Shown: positions 1 through 13,722 of the stretch, piece after piece
Position numbering within the stretch: the first letter of the stretch is position 1
Layout of the letters: each line of letters opens with the position of its first letter
Assembly: GCA_045837725.1 (NCBI GenBank)
Contig: JBEWZL010000013.1
Location: 248,001-312,000, forward strand
Source: Vermamoeba vermiformis
Taxonomy: Eukaryota
DNA length: 64,000 nucleotides
Direction of reading: 5' to 3'
The notes under the pieces: generated by a model
The model's database searches: none
Seen by the model: only the letters and a program-made list of their open reading frames with translations
What the model was told of the DNA's origin: nothing
Program-made: the position numbers and the translations under genes

Positions 1-791
1 CTTAGCGCGCTCTTGTTCACGAGCCTCGCGCTCTCGTCGCGCACTCTCGCTCTCACTCTCGCCCTCTTCACTCACTTCAGGCACTGCCTCTTCGTCGAGT
101 GGGGCAGGTGCTGACTCCACACTCACGGGTTTGATCTGCGGTCGTTCCCAGTTCTTCTTCCACAGCAGCAGCGCATTCACCCAATGGCGCGCATCAGCTG
201 CACTCTCAGCCTCCAAGTGCCACACGCGCGTGCTGGTCTCGATGTCAAATGACTGGCCCTCCATCACGCGTGCCCTGTCAAGTGTCAACACATCGCTTTG
301 ACAGGTGTCACATGTCAGAGTGTCACTTACGTCGTCATCTGCGTGAGATCGATCGAGTTGATCGGTCGTTCATCGCCGTTCTCGTGATAATAGGCCAGGG
401 AATTGCCGACCAGGCGAAAATATCTGCGACGCCACGACTTAAGGCCTTTCTCGCCTTGTTTTTTCAAGTAGCCCTTCATCTTGAACACCATGCGCGACTT
501 GGAGGGTGAAGGTGGTGCGTCGAGCTTCGGATTGATATTTGACGGTGCACTGAGCACTGCAGGCTGAGGGTTGGATCCGCTGTCTGAGTGTCCATTCACC
601 GCGCCGTTGTTCAGCTCTGCAGTGTCGAGTTGCATCGAGCTCCTCTTGCTCGTGTTCGCGCTGTTCGTAGCACTGTTGCTGGCACTGATATTCGCTTCAC
701 TCGCTGCACGGCTCAGTGGAGGGACAACACGTGGTTCTGGGATCGGATCTGTGGCTTTGGGCTCGATAGGAATAGCTTGATTTATTTGCAT
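1..791 (-). CDS. PH-domain protein, runs off the left edge; an upstream exon at 880-1107 is possible
   Basis: MKGYLKKQGEKGLKSWRRRYFRLVGNSLAYY...INSIDL is a typical PH N-half; after an intron (~272-328) it continues FDIETSTRVWHLEAESAADARHWVNAL, followed by a charged coiled coil. Confidence 0.8.
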
Positions 792-1223
792 TGGTGATGT
801 TAGTGGCTAGTTCTTTGAATTTTACTAGTCCTGTCTTTATACGCACACTAAAATATTCAAAAAAATCTTGCATTAATAATTAATTAAATATACCAACAAT
901 TAACACGGACCTAAATTCTTTGCATTTGTTATCATAATCGACATCAACAGGTGTTTGTGGTTTTTCTATTAATTGTTTCATGCGAATCTTCAACGATTGA
1001 AATAGAAGGGAAATCTGCGTTGCACTTTCCACAGTAAGCTCGGCATCGAGCAACTGTTCGACTTCAACCAATTCTTTAAATGCCTTATCTAGATCTGCTT
1101 TTGTCATGTTGTAAGTGTTGTGCTCATATTGAATGGTCAGTCACACTCAAATTTCATCGCGTTAATTGAAAATTTCTTTTTTGTACAAATTAGGCAAGTG
1201 TTTACAAGAGCAAGGGTGGCTCG

Positions 1224-4200
1224 TTATTTCTTGGCTACAGTCTGCCCAGCTTGAGCGAGCACGAACCACTCGTTGCGGCACTTGACAGCATGACGTCGCA
1301 CGAGTCGTTTCTTGTCGTCGAGTGCCTTGCTGAGTGCATTGAGCACCGCGCTCTTGAACGGCGCAATCTTGACATAGGCGAACTTGGAGCACTCGGTCAG
1401 GCAGTCGAGCGCTATCACACGCATCTTCATCTCGGGGTGATGCACCGCTAGACGCAGCAGATGCGGCACCATCTGCTCAGCGTGCTCCTCCATGATGCGC
1501 GGCACTTCAATGTTGAGCAAGCAGATGAGTGACACGATGGAGTGCGAGACGGACGACAGATCTGCAGTCGCTGTGCCGGCTGTGAGCTGCGCGGCCATGG
1601 AGTTGAGCGTGTTGAACAGCACGGGCAGTATCGCACTGAGGTCGTTGAGCAGCACATCCACGGGCAGCTGCGACATGAGCTGCGACCAGGCCAGCAGCAC
1701 AATGTTGTAGTGACTCGCAGAGCTCTGTTGACTGGTGGTCATCTCTTTCATCAGCATGGGCACTTCATAGGTGAAGGTCTTCTGTCGGTAGAGCTGCTTC
1801 TTGTTGGGCATGATCTCGTTCAAGGTGATCTCGCGACTCAGCAGCGAGGACTTGACATCTGCGCTGTGTTGGTGCGCGGGCTGTTCGATCAGTTGAATCA
1901 CTGTCACGTGATCGTGTTGCAGCAGGGCACTGAAGTTGAGTGCTGCAAACTGTGCGAGATTGAGATCTGGATTGCGCAACAGACCAATCACGTGCTGCCA
2001 ACACTCCATCCACCACGCACTCTGTGACTTGTCTTCGCGCGTGAGTTGACGACGCGTACAAGCCGCGCACAGCTGTTAGAATAGTCAGATGAGCACCGCA
2101 ATATATACATAGCTGCGAGTCACTTACATAGATGAGCAACAGCACTGCACTCTCGCGCGTCACCAGGGCAGCACTCGAGTCCTGCACGGTGCTCAACAGC
2201 TGCGGCAGTCGTTGCGTCAAGAACTGGTCCATAGCTGCACTGGCACTCAGCGGTATCTTGTCGAACAGCGAGGCCACTGCAATGGCGAGCAACTGACGCG
2301 TGCGGAGTGAGACTGCAGCGAGGGTCTGGTCGAAGAGCGCATTCAAGAGCTGCGTGCAGGGGGCCAAGTGCTGTTCAGTGAGCTGTTTGTTGACCACGCA
2401 CGTGACAGCGGCAATCCACTCGATGATGAACGGACTCACCGTCACAGCTCCGAGTGTGAGGGGATGAGTGGTGAGCAGCGCGGCCAAGTCAGGCAAGTGC
2501 TTGGCAAGTTCAGCGCCGTTGTTCAAGAGTGCGTGCAAGAAGGACACATCGCGCTGCAAGTAGAACTGGAACAGCACTTGATCCACAAAGGTGTCGTGCA
2601 CCGCGAGCTGATCGTGCAGCATGCTCACCAGGGTGGTAGATATCGCCAGCAAGTGGCGCGTGATGCTCTCGTGCAGCGCAGCACTCTGTGTCGCGGTGTG
2701 CAGGGCGAGTACGAGCAGCGCGTGGTGCACATTGATGGACCAGGACTCGGTGAGCTGCCACTCACTCGAGAGACCTGCGCTCTTCATGGCCGTGCGGTGA
2801 ATGGGCAGCAGATTGTTGAAGCAGCTCAATATTGCGTCCAACAGCTGCTCCACTAGCGCTACACCGCAGTGTGACTCGGGTGTGCTGAGTGTGGTCTGCA
2901 ACACACTGTAGGTCATGGCGAGCAGCTTGTTGAGAATGGTGTGGTACAGCACGCTGTTGGTCACTGACAGCTCGGTCAGGGCCTCTGCAATCAGTGCCAT
3001 CTCCTTGGCGACGTGTTGTGTCTTGAACGAGGCACCGATGAGGTCGTGCAGTGCGTGCACAAGCGAGTGAATGCTGAGCTGTTGCAGCGGGGCAATCAAC
3101 CAGCCGTAGCTCGCGAGCTGCACCAGTGACTTGCGCGCCAGTTGACGCAGTGCAGTGTCTTGATGCGTGAGTGCGGCAGTGAGCGAGGTGATCACGTGAC
3201 TGGTCTGTTGCTCGAGCAGGAGCGGTGTGACCGTGTGCGAAGTGTCGGGCTGATCGGTGAGTACAGCAAGGTGTGTGAGGGCTTGCAGGGCCACGGACTG
3301 TGTGCGCGTGTCAGGGGACTGTGAGAGCGCAGAGAGCAGTGCAAACAACTCGTCTTTGAACACGCGCAGCGGATGCGGACCTTTGAGTGCTTGAATGCTG
3401 CTCGCACTGTCTAGCTGCACATCGGAAGTGAAGCGAATGAAGTCCGCGAGTATATTGACAATCGCGAGCTTGTTGTTGAGATCAGTCTCCGCGGTGTAGA
3501 GTGACACGAGCCAGGGAATGGAGTGGTGCAAGATGATCGTGCTGGCCTTGAAGTGCGCGGAGGCTGCGGTGTGCAACACTTGTGCACTGAGCAGCGAGAC
3601 CTTGCTGTCAAAGGACTTGAGCTGTTGGTGACAGTCCTTGATCAGTGCACTCAACATGTGTTGCAAGTAACTCGCGTGCGGCCATTCAAAGGCGTGCTGT
3701 TGCTGCGGATTGAGCAGTGCGTACTTGAAGTAGTGCTGCAGATCATTCGTGTCGTGCAGTGAGAGGCTGAGCACCATGTCGCGCAGTGACACCAAGCACT
3801 CGTCTAGCACGGGCTGATCGGTGCTGGTCATCAGCTCTTGACGCACGCCACTCCACACGGATTGGATCACACGACCCTCATTCGCATTGTGCGCATCTAT
3901 CTCGCGACCCCAGCCCCGCTCCAAATAGGCGCGGATCACGTGACGCAAGCAGACGAGCGTGTCGAGCTTGGTCTGCACGAGTGAGGCCGTGAGTTTGTCG
4001 AGCAGAAATGGTATCACGTGCGCCGCGAGTCCCGGACAGGCCCCGAGTGCAGCGTTGAGCTTGGTGACGAGGTCCGTGCGCTTGATGGCGTGCGGATCAT
4101 CTTTGCGCTCTTGAAAGGTGATCGGGAAGTAGCAGCTGGTGATCTCAAACAACTCCTCGCTGAATCGAATGTACACGCGCGTGGGCAGGGTGCGACAGAT

Positions 4201-5022
4201 GTCTGCCACGAGATCGAAGCACAGCACCAGATTGCGCGGATCTTTTTCACCGTCCATGGCCTGGATGAAGCAGTACACATAGGCACTGCCGTCTTGGTCC
4301 TGATCTGCGAGTGCGGAGCTGTAGTCCTCGAGCAGCAGCTTCAATATTTCAAACACCCAGCGGCGCGCATTGACCGACAAGCTCTGAGTGTGCACCTCTT
4401 CTGAGAGCGACAGAATGATTGCATTGACATTGCGCGGATCGATGGGCGCGGGAATGGTGCCGTGCTTGGTGCGACAGTAGTTGTAGAGTAGCACGTGCAA
4501 GCAGAACAGCACTTCAACTTGCGTGCCAAAGTCTGCTAATCTGCTCGTAAAGAACTGCACCAAGTAGCAGATCTCGCCTGCTGTCAACCAGGAGTTGCGC
4601 GGAGTGGGCTGTGTGATATCCATACTAACTACTTCATTATTTCCTGAAATCATCAGCTGCAAGACAACACCAAGGAGTGTCGTGGCTGGATCGAATAGAC
4701 AGATTAGCTTTTTGGGTAAACACTCAGCGATTTTATCCGGAGAAATAAATTATTAATTAATGACAATATTACTCCGTATTGTATAAATGTTTTCCTTCAT
4801 TATTGTCAGTAAATCCACAATTTTACCTCTCGCGCGAGCAACTTCATTCTTGGCAGTCAATGATTCTCCTAATTGCTGCACTAATTGCAATAATGTCAAG
4901 GTGCGATTGTGAAGCTCTGTAGTAATGGGCTGCAATAGCGCTGCATTCTGTGTTGGGCTGTCGAGGTAACTTTTAATGGCCTCCTGCAACTTGGCGGAGT
5001 CGTACTGCCCTTCACTAGTCAT
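1224..5022 (-). CDS. MMS19: MMS19/MET18 cytosolic Fe-S assembly targeting HEAT-repeat protein (spliced)
   Basis: FIQAMDGEKDPRNLVLCF...EELFEITSCYFPITF (MMS19 N domain) and C-terminal ALDDKKRLVRRHAVKCRNEWF. Confidence 0.95.
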
Positions 5023-5154
5023 GGTGACTGCAATATAATAGCTACAAACAACCGATTGTGTGCTAAATATTAACACGACGGGTCAACTTGCCACGTGGAA
5101 CGAAATTTCATAAAGAGATCGTGGATCCAAAAAAAGAATGTAGCATCTACTTTA

Positions 5155-8091
5155 TTATTTCTTGGCCTTTGACTTTGCCGGTGCCTTTTTAGCGCCACCA
5201 GCTGCAGGAGCGGCTTTCTTTTTGATTTTAACGAGCTGATCATCCTCGATCCGCTCTTCTTCAGGCTGTTCTTCCTCATCAATATTATCTTCTTCGTTAA
5301 CAACAGGCTCATCTGCGAGGCCAATGACTTTCTTCTTCTTACTCGCTGTTGGTGGTACGGCCATTGCATGACTCTCCGCATTATATTTGCGCGTAAACTT
5401 GGATTTGACTTGGGTCGGGATCTGCTTGTTCGGATCATCTTTGGCAGCGAACTGTGTCAAGTCTAGAATGGTGTCTCGGTCTTCACGATTAATAAAGTAC
5501 TGATCCATGAATTGAATCACATTGTCAATGCCCTCCTCGCCCTGCTCAATCAAGGGCTTGGTGAGATGCGTGCGGAACATCTGCAAGTACTCGCAACAGA
5601 GCTGATCACGTGACGCTTGAGTCTTCAAGTAGCTGTGGATCTGCAAATCAGCCAGCAGTCGCATGTACTTGCTCTGCGACGAGTTCTTGCCCATCCACGC
5701 GGGGAATTCAATGCGCTGGTGCAATGAACTGCGCATGCGAGCAGCGGGCAACACAGAGGACAGCAGGCCGTGGAAGGGTGCGAGTTCCCAGGCCTGATCA
5801 CGGCGCAACAACTTCTCCACGACATCGCCCTCGCTGATCGCATCTGCGGCTGCTGCGACATTCTCCAAGTGCTGCACGCTGTTGCCAGGTATGCGCAAGT
5901 AGTTGTCCTGCACCATGAGGGGCACTATGCCACTGTCCACAAAGTAGTGGTTGAGTCTGTCCGCGAGTGACTCTTGATAGTTGACTGCAAACAGCTTGGG
6001 CACGACGTCGAAGGGCCCCAGATCAATGTTCTTGCCTGTAGCTGTCAAGCTGCACACGTGTTAGCAGGGAATGCGATGGGAGGGGTGAGTTACGTACAGG
6101 TCTTTGACATTCGAAGGATTGACGTTCTGACCATCAACACTCCAGAGCATCAACAGATTGAGACACTGGCGCATGTCACCATTCGTGGACTCAATGATCT
6201 TTTTGAGGGTGATTTCATCGAGTTTGAATCCCTCTTGATCACAGATCGCCTTCAGACGCGGATACATTTGTTGAGTAGTAGGACTGATGGAGCATTAGTA
6301 ATGCTTTGAAGGTAGCTGAGAACGTTACGTACCGTCTGAAGCGCAGATCCAAACAGTGATTGGCCAGTGATTTGAGCTTTTGACTGTACCGATCATTGCA
6401 GACACAAATGAATGGAATCTTCGTGCCGTGAATGGAACGAATCACTTCGGCAATGCCACCACGATCACCGCTCGACATGCCGTCAATCTCATCCATGATC
6501 AGCAGTGTCTTGTGCTGATTCTGCGCTGGCTTCTTGTCCTTGCTGCCAAAGAACTGCGTGATGGACTTGGAGGTCGCTGAGCCCTCTAACAACGGTGCCA
6601 GTGAGCCCTTGTTGCGCGTATCAGAAGCATTCGTCACAATGGGCTCGTAACCGAGACTGCGAGCCACGAGCACGGCAGCAGTGGTCTTGCCGATGCCTGG
6701 TGGTCCTGAAATGAGCACTGCTTTCGGTGCCCCAGCTGCTTTCTTTTTGCCGTCACCTTCGCTGCGCTCCTTGCGTCGTTCCCAGTCCCAGCCCTTGAGC
6801 CACTCAGTCAGCTGTGCGATGGGTCCTGGATTGGCCACCAGGTCCTTTACACCAGTGGGCTTGTACTTGTCAGTCCACAGCTCCGTTGGGCCTCGTACTG
6901 TCTTGACTGTTCCTTCACTCTTGATTGGTGCGGGGGTCACTGGCAGACTAGGCTTTTTGGGAGATTTCTTGGGTGTCACGTGACTCGCTTTACCAGCGGG
7001 CAAATCACGTATCATGGCAAACAGTCCGTCCTCGTCGATAATGGGGATATTTTGCGCCTCAATCTTTTTCATCTTGGACTGACCTGGCTCAATGCCCACC
7101 AGTGCGTGCGTCGTCTTCTTGGCCACACTCTTCACAGTCGAGCCACCGTACTGCGCGATCAATGCCTCGGCCTCTTCGCGCTCCAACGAGTCGAGCACCC
7201 CCGTGATGATGAACACTTTGCCTGCGAGACAGTTTGGCTGTCCTTGCGGCACTTCTTTCGTGCCTTTGTTGGGCGGTGTTGGCTTGTTCATGTACCGCAT
7301 GTAATTGGACTTGTCGCGCGCTAGGGGTGGCTTCTTTGCCTCACTAGCACCTGTTGGAGTCGTGGGGCTTTTGTGCTCAGCTTTCTTATCTTCAGACTTG
7401 GGGGGTGTCTGTTTCTGCGTGGGTGACTTTGATTTCCGAGAATTTACTGGCGGTGACACCTCTTCAATATCGTCATCTAACTCGACAATGGGCGTCTTTG
7501 GCTCAGGCTTTGATTTTTTTTCGCCGCTCGATGGCGTTTTGACGCCGTCTTTGGGGCTCTTGGTTGGTGTCACTTTCTTTTTGATGTAAGCTTTTTTAGT
7601 GGGTGTCACCTTAGCATTCGTTTCGTTGTCATCGTGTTCATTATTGTCATTATGAATGGTCTTATGATCGGTGTCCATTGCCTCGCTCTTATCAAGGAGT
7701 TTGGGTTTGTCTTTGGGACTGTCGCTCAACTTGACTTTCTTTTTGGGAGGACTCGTCGCATCGTCTTTGCTTTGTTTACTAAATGCCTATTAAATATTGC
7801 ACATTGCCTAACATCGATAATATTGAACACTTACGGTGAAGTTGTGGTTGCGTCTGTCAGCGGTAAAAATTAATAAAATTAGATGCAAAAAGTTTTATCA
7901 ACAAATTGTGCGAATCACCGGTCACATACCTAGCCCTGCATCCGCTGCCTTTCTCTTCTTCGTGTTTGAAGCTGGAGGTGGTTCCTAATGCAGATTGGGT
8001 TACAAAATGAGAAAACATTTGCCAGGTTAGCGCTAACCTTGGGTGCCGCATTGCCCTTCGCAGGCCTAAAAAAACTTCTGATATCACTCAT
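5155..8091 (-). CDS. RFC1: Replication factor C large subunit (spliced)
   Basis: N-terminal MSDIRSFF, BRCT (CLAGKVFIITGVLDSLEREEA), WTDKYKP, Walker A GPPGIGKT, Walker B MDEIDGMSSGDRGG, C-terminal FPAWMGKNS. Confidence 0.97.
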
Positions 8092-8218
8092 GTGGGTAGT
8101 GGTATGCAGCACACATTCATGACAATACTGGCTTAGTGAGAGTGCGCGCGCTTTTTCAAACCAAAAAAAAACGAACAGTCTGGTAAAATTCAGTGCAGCA
8201 GTCACAATTACGCTGACG

Positions 8219-9580
8219 ATGAGTACCATGGAGGAGGACCTAAAGGACATGCAACCAGCGGAGTGGAGCGATGACACTCGCATGGCTGCGTTGTTCGGCA
8301 AGTACAGACCCGATCACTTTGACTTTTGGTACCCTTTGATCTTCGAAACCTCAAAGCGCTTGAATACCTTCACATTTTCAGTTAAAGATTTGAAGAAGCG
8401 ATTTAAACGCAAGGGGCTTGTTCCTATTGGATTTGCAAAGCTTTTCGTACGACAAATAATTAATAATATATAAATACCCTTCTAATTACTTGAAAAATAG
8501 GAAGATGCACGAGAGAAGCAGAAATTTGTACCGCTCAACGAGTATACAGCAATGGAGAACAATAATAATGTGTTGGGTTCAATGTGGCGCAAGTTCGTGA
8601 AGGTAAGCTTGTGGATCGTGTCAATCTCAACGAGGCCAGCTAATTAACTGCCACAGGTAGCTGGAAGTTATTCACCACTGCGCAAACCAACAACGATCGA
8701 TGACGACACTGTATTTGTATTAGCGCCGCTGGTGCAAGAGCGCGCAGATGCACTGTACGCGTGGCAAGCGAGTCACGAAGACGACTCAACCGTGCTGCTG
8801 TACACAGAACTGCTTGCATCAGACCCCGTACTCACTCCTGCAGCACTGGACCTGTTGATTGACACGCTGCACGCACGTCACTTGGCCACGGCGTTTGAAG
8901 TGCACGGCACACGCGCAGTGAAGTTCAGTCGCGAGCGACACAGCACAACGAGTCCGAGTGTGACGAGTGTGGAGCGCGGTGTGGCAGCACTCAAATACAC
9001 ACTGCAGCTCTTGGACACGCAGCTGGCACGTGTGGAACTCGAAGTCGCGGCGAGTGCAGCAGAGGTGCTGAAGAGTCTCGCGGCGCAGAACAGACGTCAC
9101 GCGCTGCTGCACTTGAAGCGCAAGAAGGTGTTGCAAGCACTGCACGACAAGCGCTTGACGGCCAAGCACAACATTGAGCAGGTGTTGCTCACCGTGCACG
9201 GCGCACAGTCCGATCAGAGTGTGCTCGAGGCCTACAAGAGCGGAGTGGCAGGTCTGAAGCAGGTGCAGGCCAGTCAGAGTGTCGAGGAGATTGACGCCAC
9301 GCTCGACGAGTGGCGCGACACTGTTGCCAGTCAAGAGGAGCTCAGTGCTGCGTTGACAGGTGTCACTGACCAACTCGCGGCAGTGGACGATGCGGAGCTC
9401 GAACGCGAGTATGAAGCCCTGGAGAGTGAACAGCGCGCGAGTCACGAATTGACACCTGTCACTGCACCTGTCAAACCGAGTGTCGAGGAAGAAGAGGACG
9501 AGTTGATTGCCGCACTCAAAGAGCTCAAAGTCAACTCGAATGAACCTAAGCCAGTGCGCACTGCTGACACGACCCTGTGA
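8219..9580 (+). CDS. CHMP7: ESCRT-III-related CHMP7 (winged-helix plus Snf7 domain; spliced)
   Basis: WSDDTRMAALF...FW...FKRKGLVP N-terminus and Snf7 coil ALLHLKRKK...NIEQVL...VLEAYKSG...ELEREYEAL. Confidence 0.9.
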
Positions 9581-9764
9581 GCACGTGATCAAAAGTGTCA
9601 AAGTGTCAATGTGTGACTTGTACAAAATTGTGGATCCAGGTGCAGGGATCTGTTGTAAATAATGTAAATAGTTGCGATTCGAAGCCAAATGACAAGCGTT
9701 GACTATGAAACAAGACTTGATATAAGACATATATATATTCGCGACTATTATACAAGGGCTGTGC

Positions 9765-10293
9765 TTATTCTTTGCGGCAATTTACTTCAATGACTTGCAT
9801 TTCTGCTTCTTTGCGCACTGCACAGTGTTAGTTGAGTATATACAACGATAATAGCGCGTACCTTTCACGGATATTTTGACCTCTTCATTGGTCCAATAGC
9901 GCTAATTGCAATTAGTGAGTTAACTGGATCCACCACACAAACTAATTTTGTACGATTTTCTACAATTTTAAGAGATGAACAAACTATTTGCCACATCACA
10001 AATAGGGTCGATGTGATTGTAAATAGAATTGATAAATTTTCAGAATTAATTCTGCTTACGCTTGCAATATCCGCCATTGCTTTGTGGATCTCGTCAATGC
10101 TGCGCGCAGACACACTTGCAACACTGGATCGCTGTGTTATAATCAACTGAATGCCTTCTTTCAACTCGCTGCGAGGGGTAGCGATTGGTGCATCCGTGGC
10201 ATAGGTGCGAGCAAACAACGACGAGTGGATGTGTGTTCGTCGTGAATTGAGTGCCGCTTTGGCCGCGGTTCGTTTGATTATATTACGCAGCAT
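9765..10293 (-). CDS. Small hypothetical protein with a mitochondrial-presequence-like N-terminus (tentative 3-exon model)
   Basis: MLRNIIKRTAAKAALNSRRTHIHSSLFARTYA is Arg-rich and acid-free; GT-AG splicing gives ...DIAS/RYWTNEEVKISVK/VRKEAEMQVIEVNCRKE*. Confidence 0.5.
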
Positions 10294-10370
10294 GTAAATA
10301 TGTGCTCTTATGTTCGGTAACAAAAATGAAGTTGGATCAGCAACGGCAGTGATTTAACCCCGCGCAGACA

Positions 10371-11863
10371 ATGAGCACAGAGAGCGCACAACACATTGCA
10401 CCTATCAGCGTGCTCGTCGAGACACATGGTCGATATATAGCACTCGCCAGCAACAAGCACTTGTTCGTCGCAGATCTGCAGTCCAGTGCAGTGCGCGCAT
10501 TAGACGGACACGAGAGTGTTATTCGCGCAGCATATTGGTACACAGCTCCTGGCGACACTCAACCCAGCTATTTAGTGTCGGGGGGCGATGACAAACGACT
10601 CTACGTGTGGAACTGCGCAGATTGGTCACGCAGCGAACCTGTGTAAGTGGTATTTATTATTATAGTCATCAGGGGCAATAATATATTCGCTATTATTTTA
10701 AATATCACTTGTCGTCGATTTGTAGATATTATTATGCTATTTTTCTCATAATCCCCTGCTCACTTATCACTATTAATCGCATTAATGCACGCAAGGTTCG
10801 CTTCCAAGAAGATCACCAGTGTGGCTATGACGGGCAGTGGTGCGGAGCGACAAGTCATGTACGCAGACAAGTTCGGCAATGTCTACAGCTATCCCCTCAC
10901 CGCGCACAGCTCTGTTGCTGCACGTACTGCGCGTCGCGTGCAAGTGAGTCAACTGCCCGCGCAGCAAAAGACCAAAGAGGGCAGCGACGAGGACGAAGAG
11001 AGCGCTGATGGCCTCACACTGCTGCTCGGACACTTCTCGTCCATCACCAGCCTCGCGCTCGATCACAGCACGCAGCACATTGTCACTGCTGATCGCGATG
11101 AAAAGATTCGTGTCTCGCGCTATCCCAATGCCTACAACATTGTCACCTTCTGTCTCGGACACACGCAGTTCGTCAGCAAGGTGTTGGTGCCACACTCCAG
11201 TCACGTGACTGTGCCGTGCGTCATCTCCGCGGGAGGTGATGGCACCGTGCGCGCATGGCACTTGACCGCTGGCACTCAATTGGGCCAGTTCAATCTCGCC
11301 AGTGTGAATGTCACGCGCAGTGATGCGAGCGAACAAGAGGTGCGTAATTGCTTGATTGACACGTGTCACATGCTGACTGACACTCGATTGCAGTTGATAG
11401 TGTCTGACTTGAGTTATCACAACAACTCTGGCTTGTTAGCAGTCTCCATCGAAGGGTAAGAGCTAATAATACGCACCACTCACTGACCACATTCAGATCA
11501 CGTGATGTGTTGGTGTTGCGCGTGAAACAAGTTGAGCAAGCAGTGCAATTTGAACTCACAGAGACCATCAAACACGACAGCGATGTGTACGTGGTGACAT
11601 TCAATCAGCACAGCGATCAGTTGTGGCTCGGAGGAGACAAGGACAGTGCGAGCTCGGCTGTGGCAGTGTATCGCATGACAGCTGAGGGCAAAGCAGTGCG
11701 AGAGACAAGCAACGCAGCGGCACAACAGATCAATGCAGCACTGAGTGGCTTGACCATCGATGCAGCACTGCACACACAGATCGTGGAGAGTGTGAAGCTG
11801 CGCCAGTACAAGAAGATGAGTCACAAAGAGAACAAGAAGCGGAAAGTGGAAGCCAAGCAATAG
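10371..11863 (+). CDS. WDR4: tRNA m7G46 methyltransferase WD40 subunit (Trm82/WDR4; spliced)
   Basis: ADKFGNVYSY, LLLGHFSSIT, IVTADRDEKIRVSRYPNAYNIVTFCLGHTQFVS, SAGGDGTVRAW. Confidence 0.93.
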
Positions 11864-11920
11864 CACTGTTCGTCGCATTAAATACATCGTGTTTATTTAC
11901 AGAGAGTGAGCACTACACTA

Positions 11921-13613
11921 TTATTTATTTACAATTTTGGCCCTCTTGTGCTTGGGTGCTTCCGGACTGCTCACTTTATCGATCGTGCGCTTCGTCTTAT
12001 CCTTCAGGTTTGGAGGCACGTGCTCGAGTATCATGTCCATGAACTGCGTCCAGGTGTAGTAATTGGACTTCTGACCCTCGAGATCATCGCCCACCAGCAC
12101 CATACTAGCCTCGCTCTCTTTGACACGCTTGCCCTTGCCGACTTTGAACAATATCTCCGCATTCTTCAAGTTGGCAGCGCCTTGACTGCCCGTGCTGAAT
12201 GAGCGGTGAAATGCAAATGTTTTGTCCTTCAGCGGTGCTTCTCGCAGTCGAATGCCGTACGAGTCAGGACTCAACAGCGGTGCAGAGGGGTTGGCTGCGT
12301 GTGCTTGCTGTGCATCGATCAGCCAATCGGGAGTGACCAGCCACTTGCACGTCAACACCGCTGAAAGGGTTTTCAAGGTGCGCGTGTGCGGTGGTGTGAC
12401 GACGTGTGTGATCTGGTGACTGAACTCGGCCGAATCGTGCACTTGACCCTTCATCACATCAACTACAAACTCGGTCAAGTTGTTCTTGAGTGCTTCGTTG
12501 TACTTCTTGCACGAGTCTTTGAACCCTGAGAATTGGACAATGGGACCAGACGCAGGCTCAGTGCGTGTGCTGGCACGCTTGGGACTGGCCAGTGAGACCT
12601 CATTCTTTGTGGGTGCTGCGTGCTCGTCACTCGCTGCTTTGTCTTTGTTGCGCACAGTGCTCGCGTCTGATTTAGCCGTGTCTGACTTGTGGCTTGCAGT
12701 GCTCACTGATTCGCGTGTGTTCGTGGCTGGTGCTTTGTCCACTTTGTTGCTCGTATCGCGCACATTGACTGCGTGTGTGGCGAGTTGCAGCGTGTTGATC
12801 GACTCCTGCAAGAGCTGTTTGTCGTGCTTCAGTGCCTCAACAGTCTTGTGCAGCTTGACGAGCTCTTCGCCGCGCTGTTCCCACTCGCGCTTGAGTTCTT
12901 GCAGCTGTTGCTGTAGCTCGTCAATGACATCGCACTGTCGGGCCTCGACTTCACTCAATGCACTCACGCGCGCTGATTTGTCGCGCAGTTCGCGCTGCAA
13001 GTTCTCCGCGTGTTGATGCAGTGCAGTGCGCTCCTGCTCCACGCTCTTCATGCGCTCTTCAACACCCTGCAGTGCTTCGTGTACTTGGCGCAGTTGTGCT
13101 TCAAAGTCACTCACTGCACTGCTCTTCTCGTGCAGTTGACGTGTGAGGTCGTCAGCGTGCTCGGTCTTGGCTTGTACTTGACGCGAGAGCTCTTCGACAG
13201 CGCGGTGCTTCTCGTCCACTTGCTGCTGCAGACTGCGTACGTCACTCAACAATCGATCGCGCTCTGTTGCGTGCTCTTGCATTAAACCTTGAAGCTTGCT
13301 CTCTAAATCTTTGATGGCATTGTCTTTTTCTTGCAGCTTATTTTGCAGATCCTCTTTAGAGAATAATAGCCGAGGGGGTCCTAAATATGGTTAGAGAATA
13401 TAAAAGAGCGCCGCAATTTATACCTTGTCCGTCGGCAGCTAACACAACATTCAAGAAAGTCTCTGAAACGATCGTCAATAAAAAATAAAGCTCATGCTAT
13501 TTTGACTTACTCTGATAGCGCTCTTTTAGTGCCTCTATCTCGCGTGATAGCTCAGCAATAACACTGAGGTGAACATCTTTGGGTACGAATTGATCTTCTT
13601 CTGTGGTGTTCAT
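11921..13613 (-). CDS. Coiled-coil protein with C-terminal BRCT domain(s) (spliced)
   Basis: Long heptad region, then VQFSGF...ITHVVTPPHTRTLKTLSAVLTCKWLVTPDWLID (BRCT signature). Confidence 0.8.
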
Positions 13614-13722
13614 GTTGCATTGGCGTAAACAAAGAAAAATGGCACAAGAAATTCCCAGAAAACACCGTGGATCGCGATCAGCAAAAATTAATACTGAGGA
13701 ATATTAGGTTTGTTTATTTACA

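Noticed and set aside
9902-10059. Possible intronic snoRNA in a longer intron with short hairpins
   Set aside because: No proper C/D or H/ACA box arrangement; the stems are short and AT-rich
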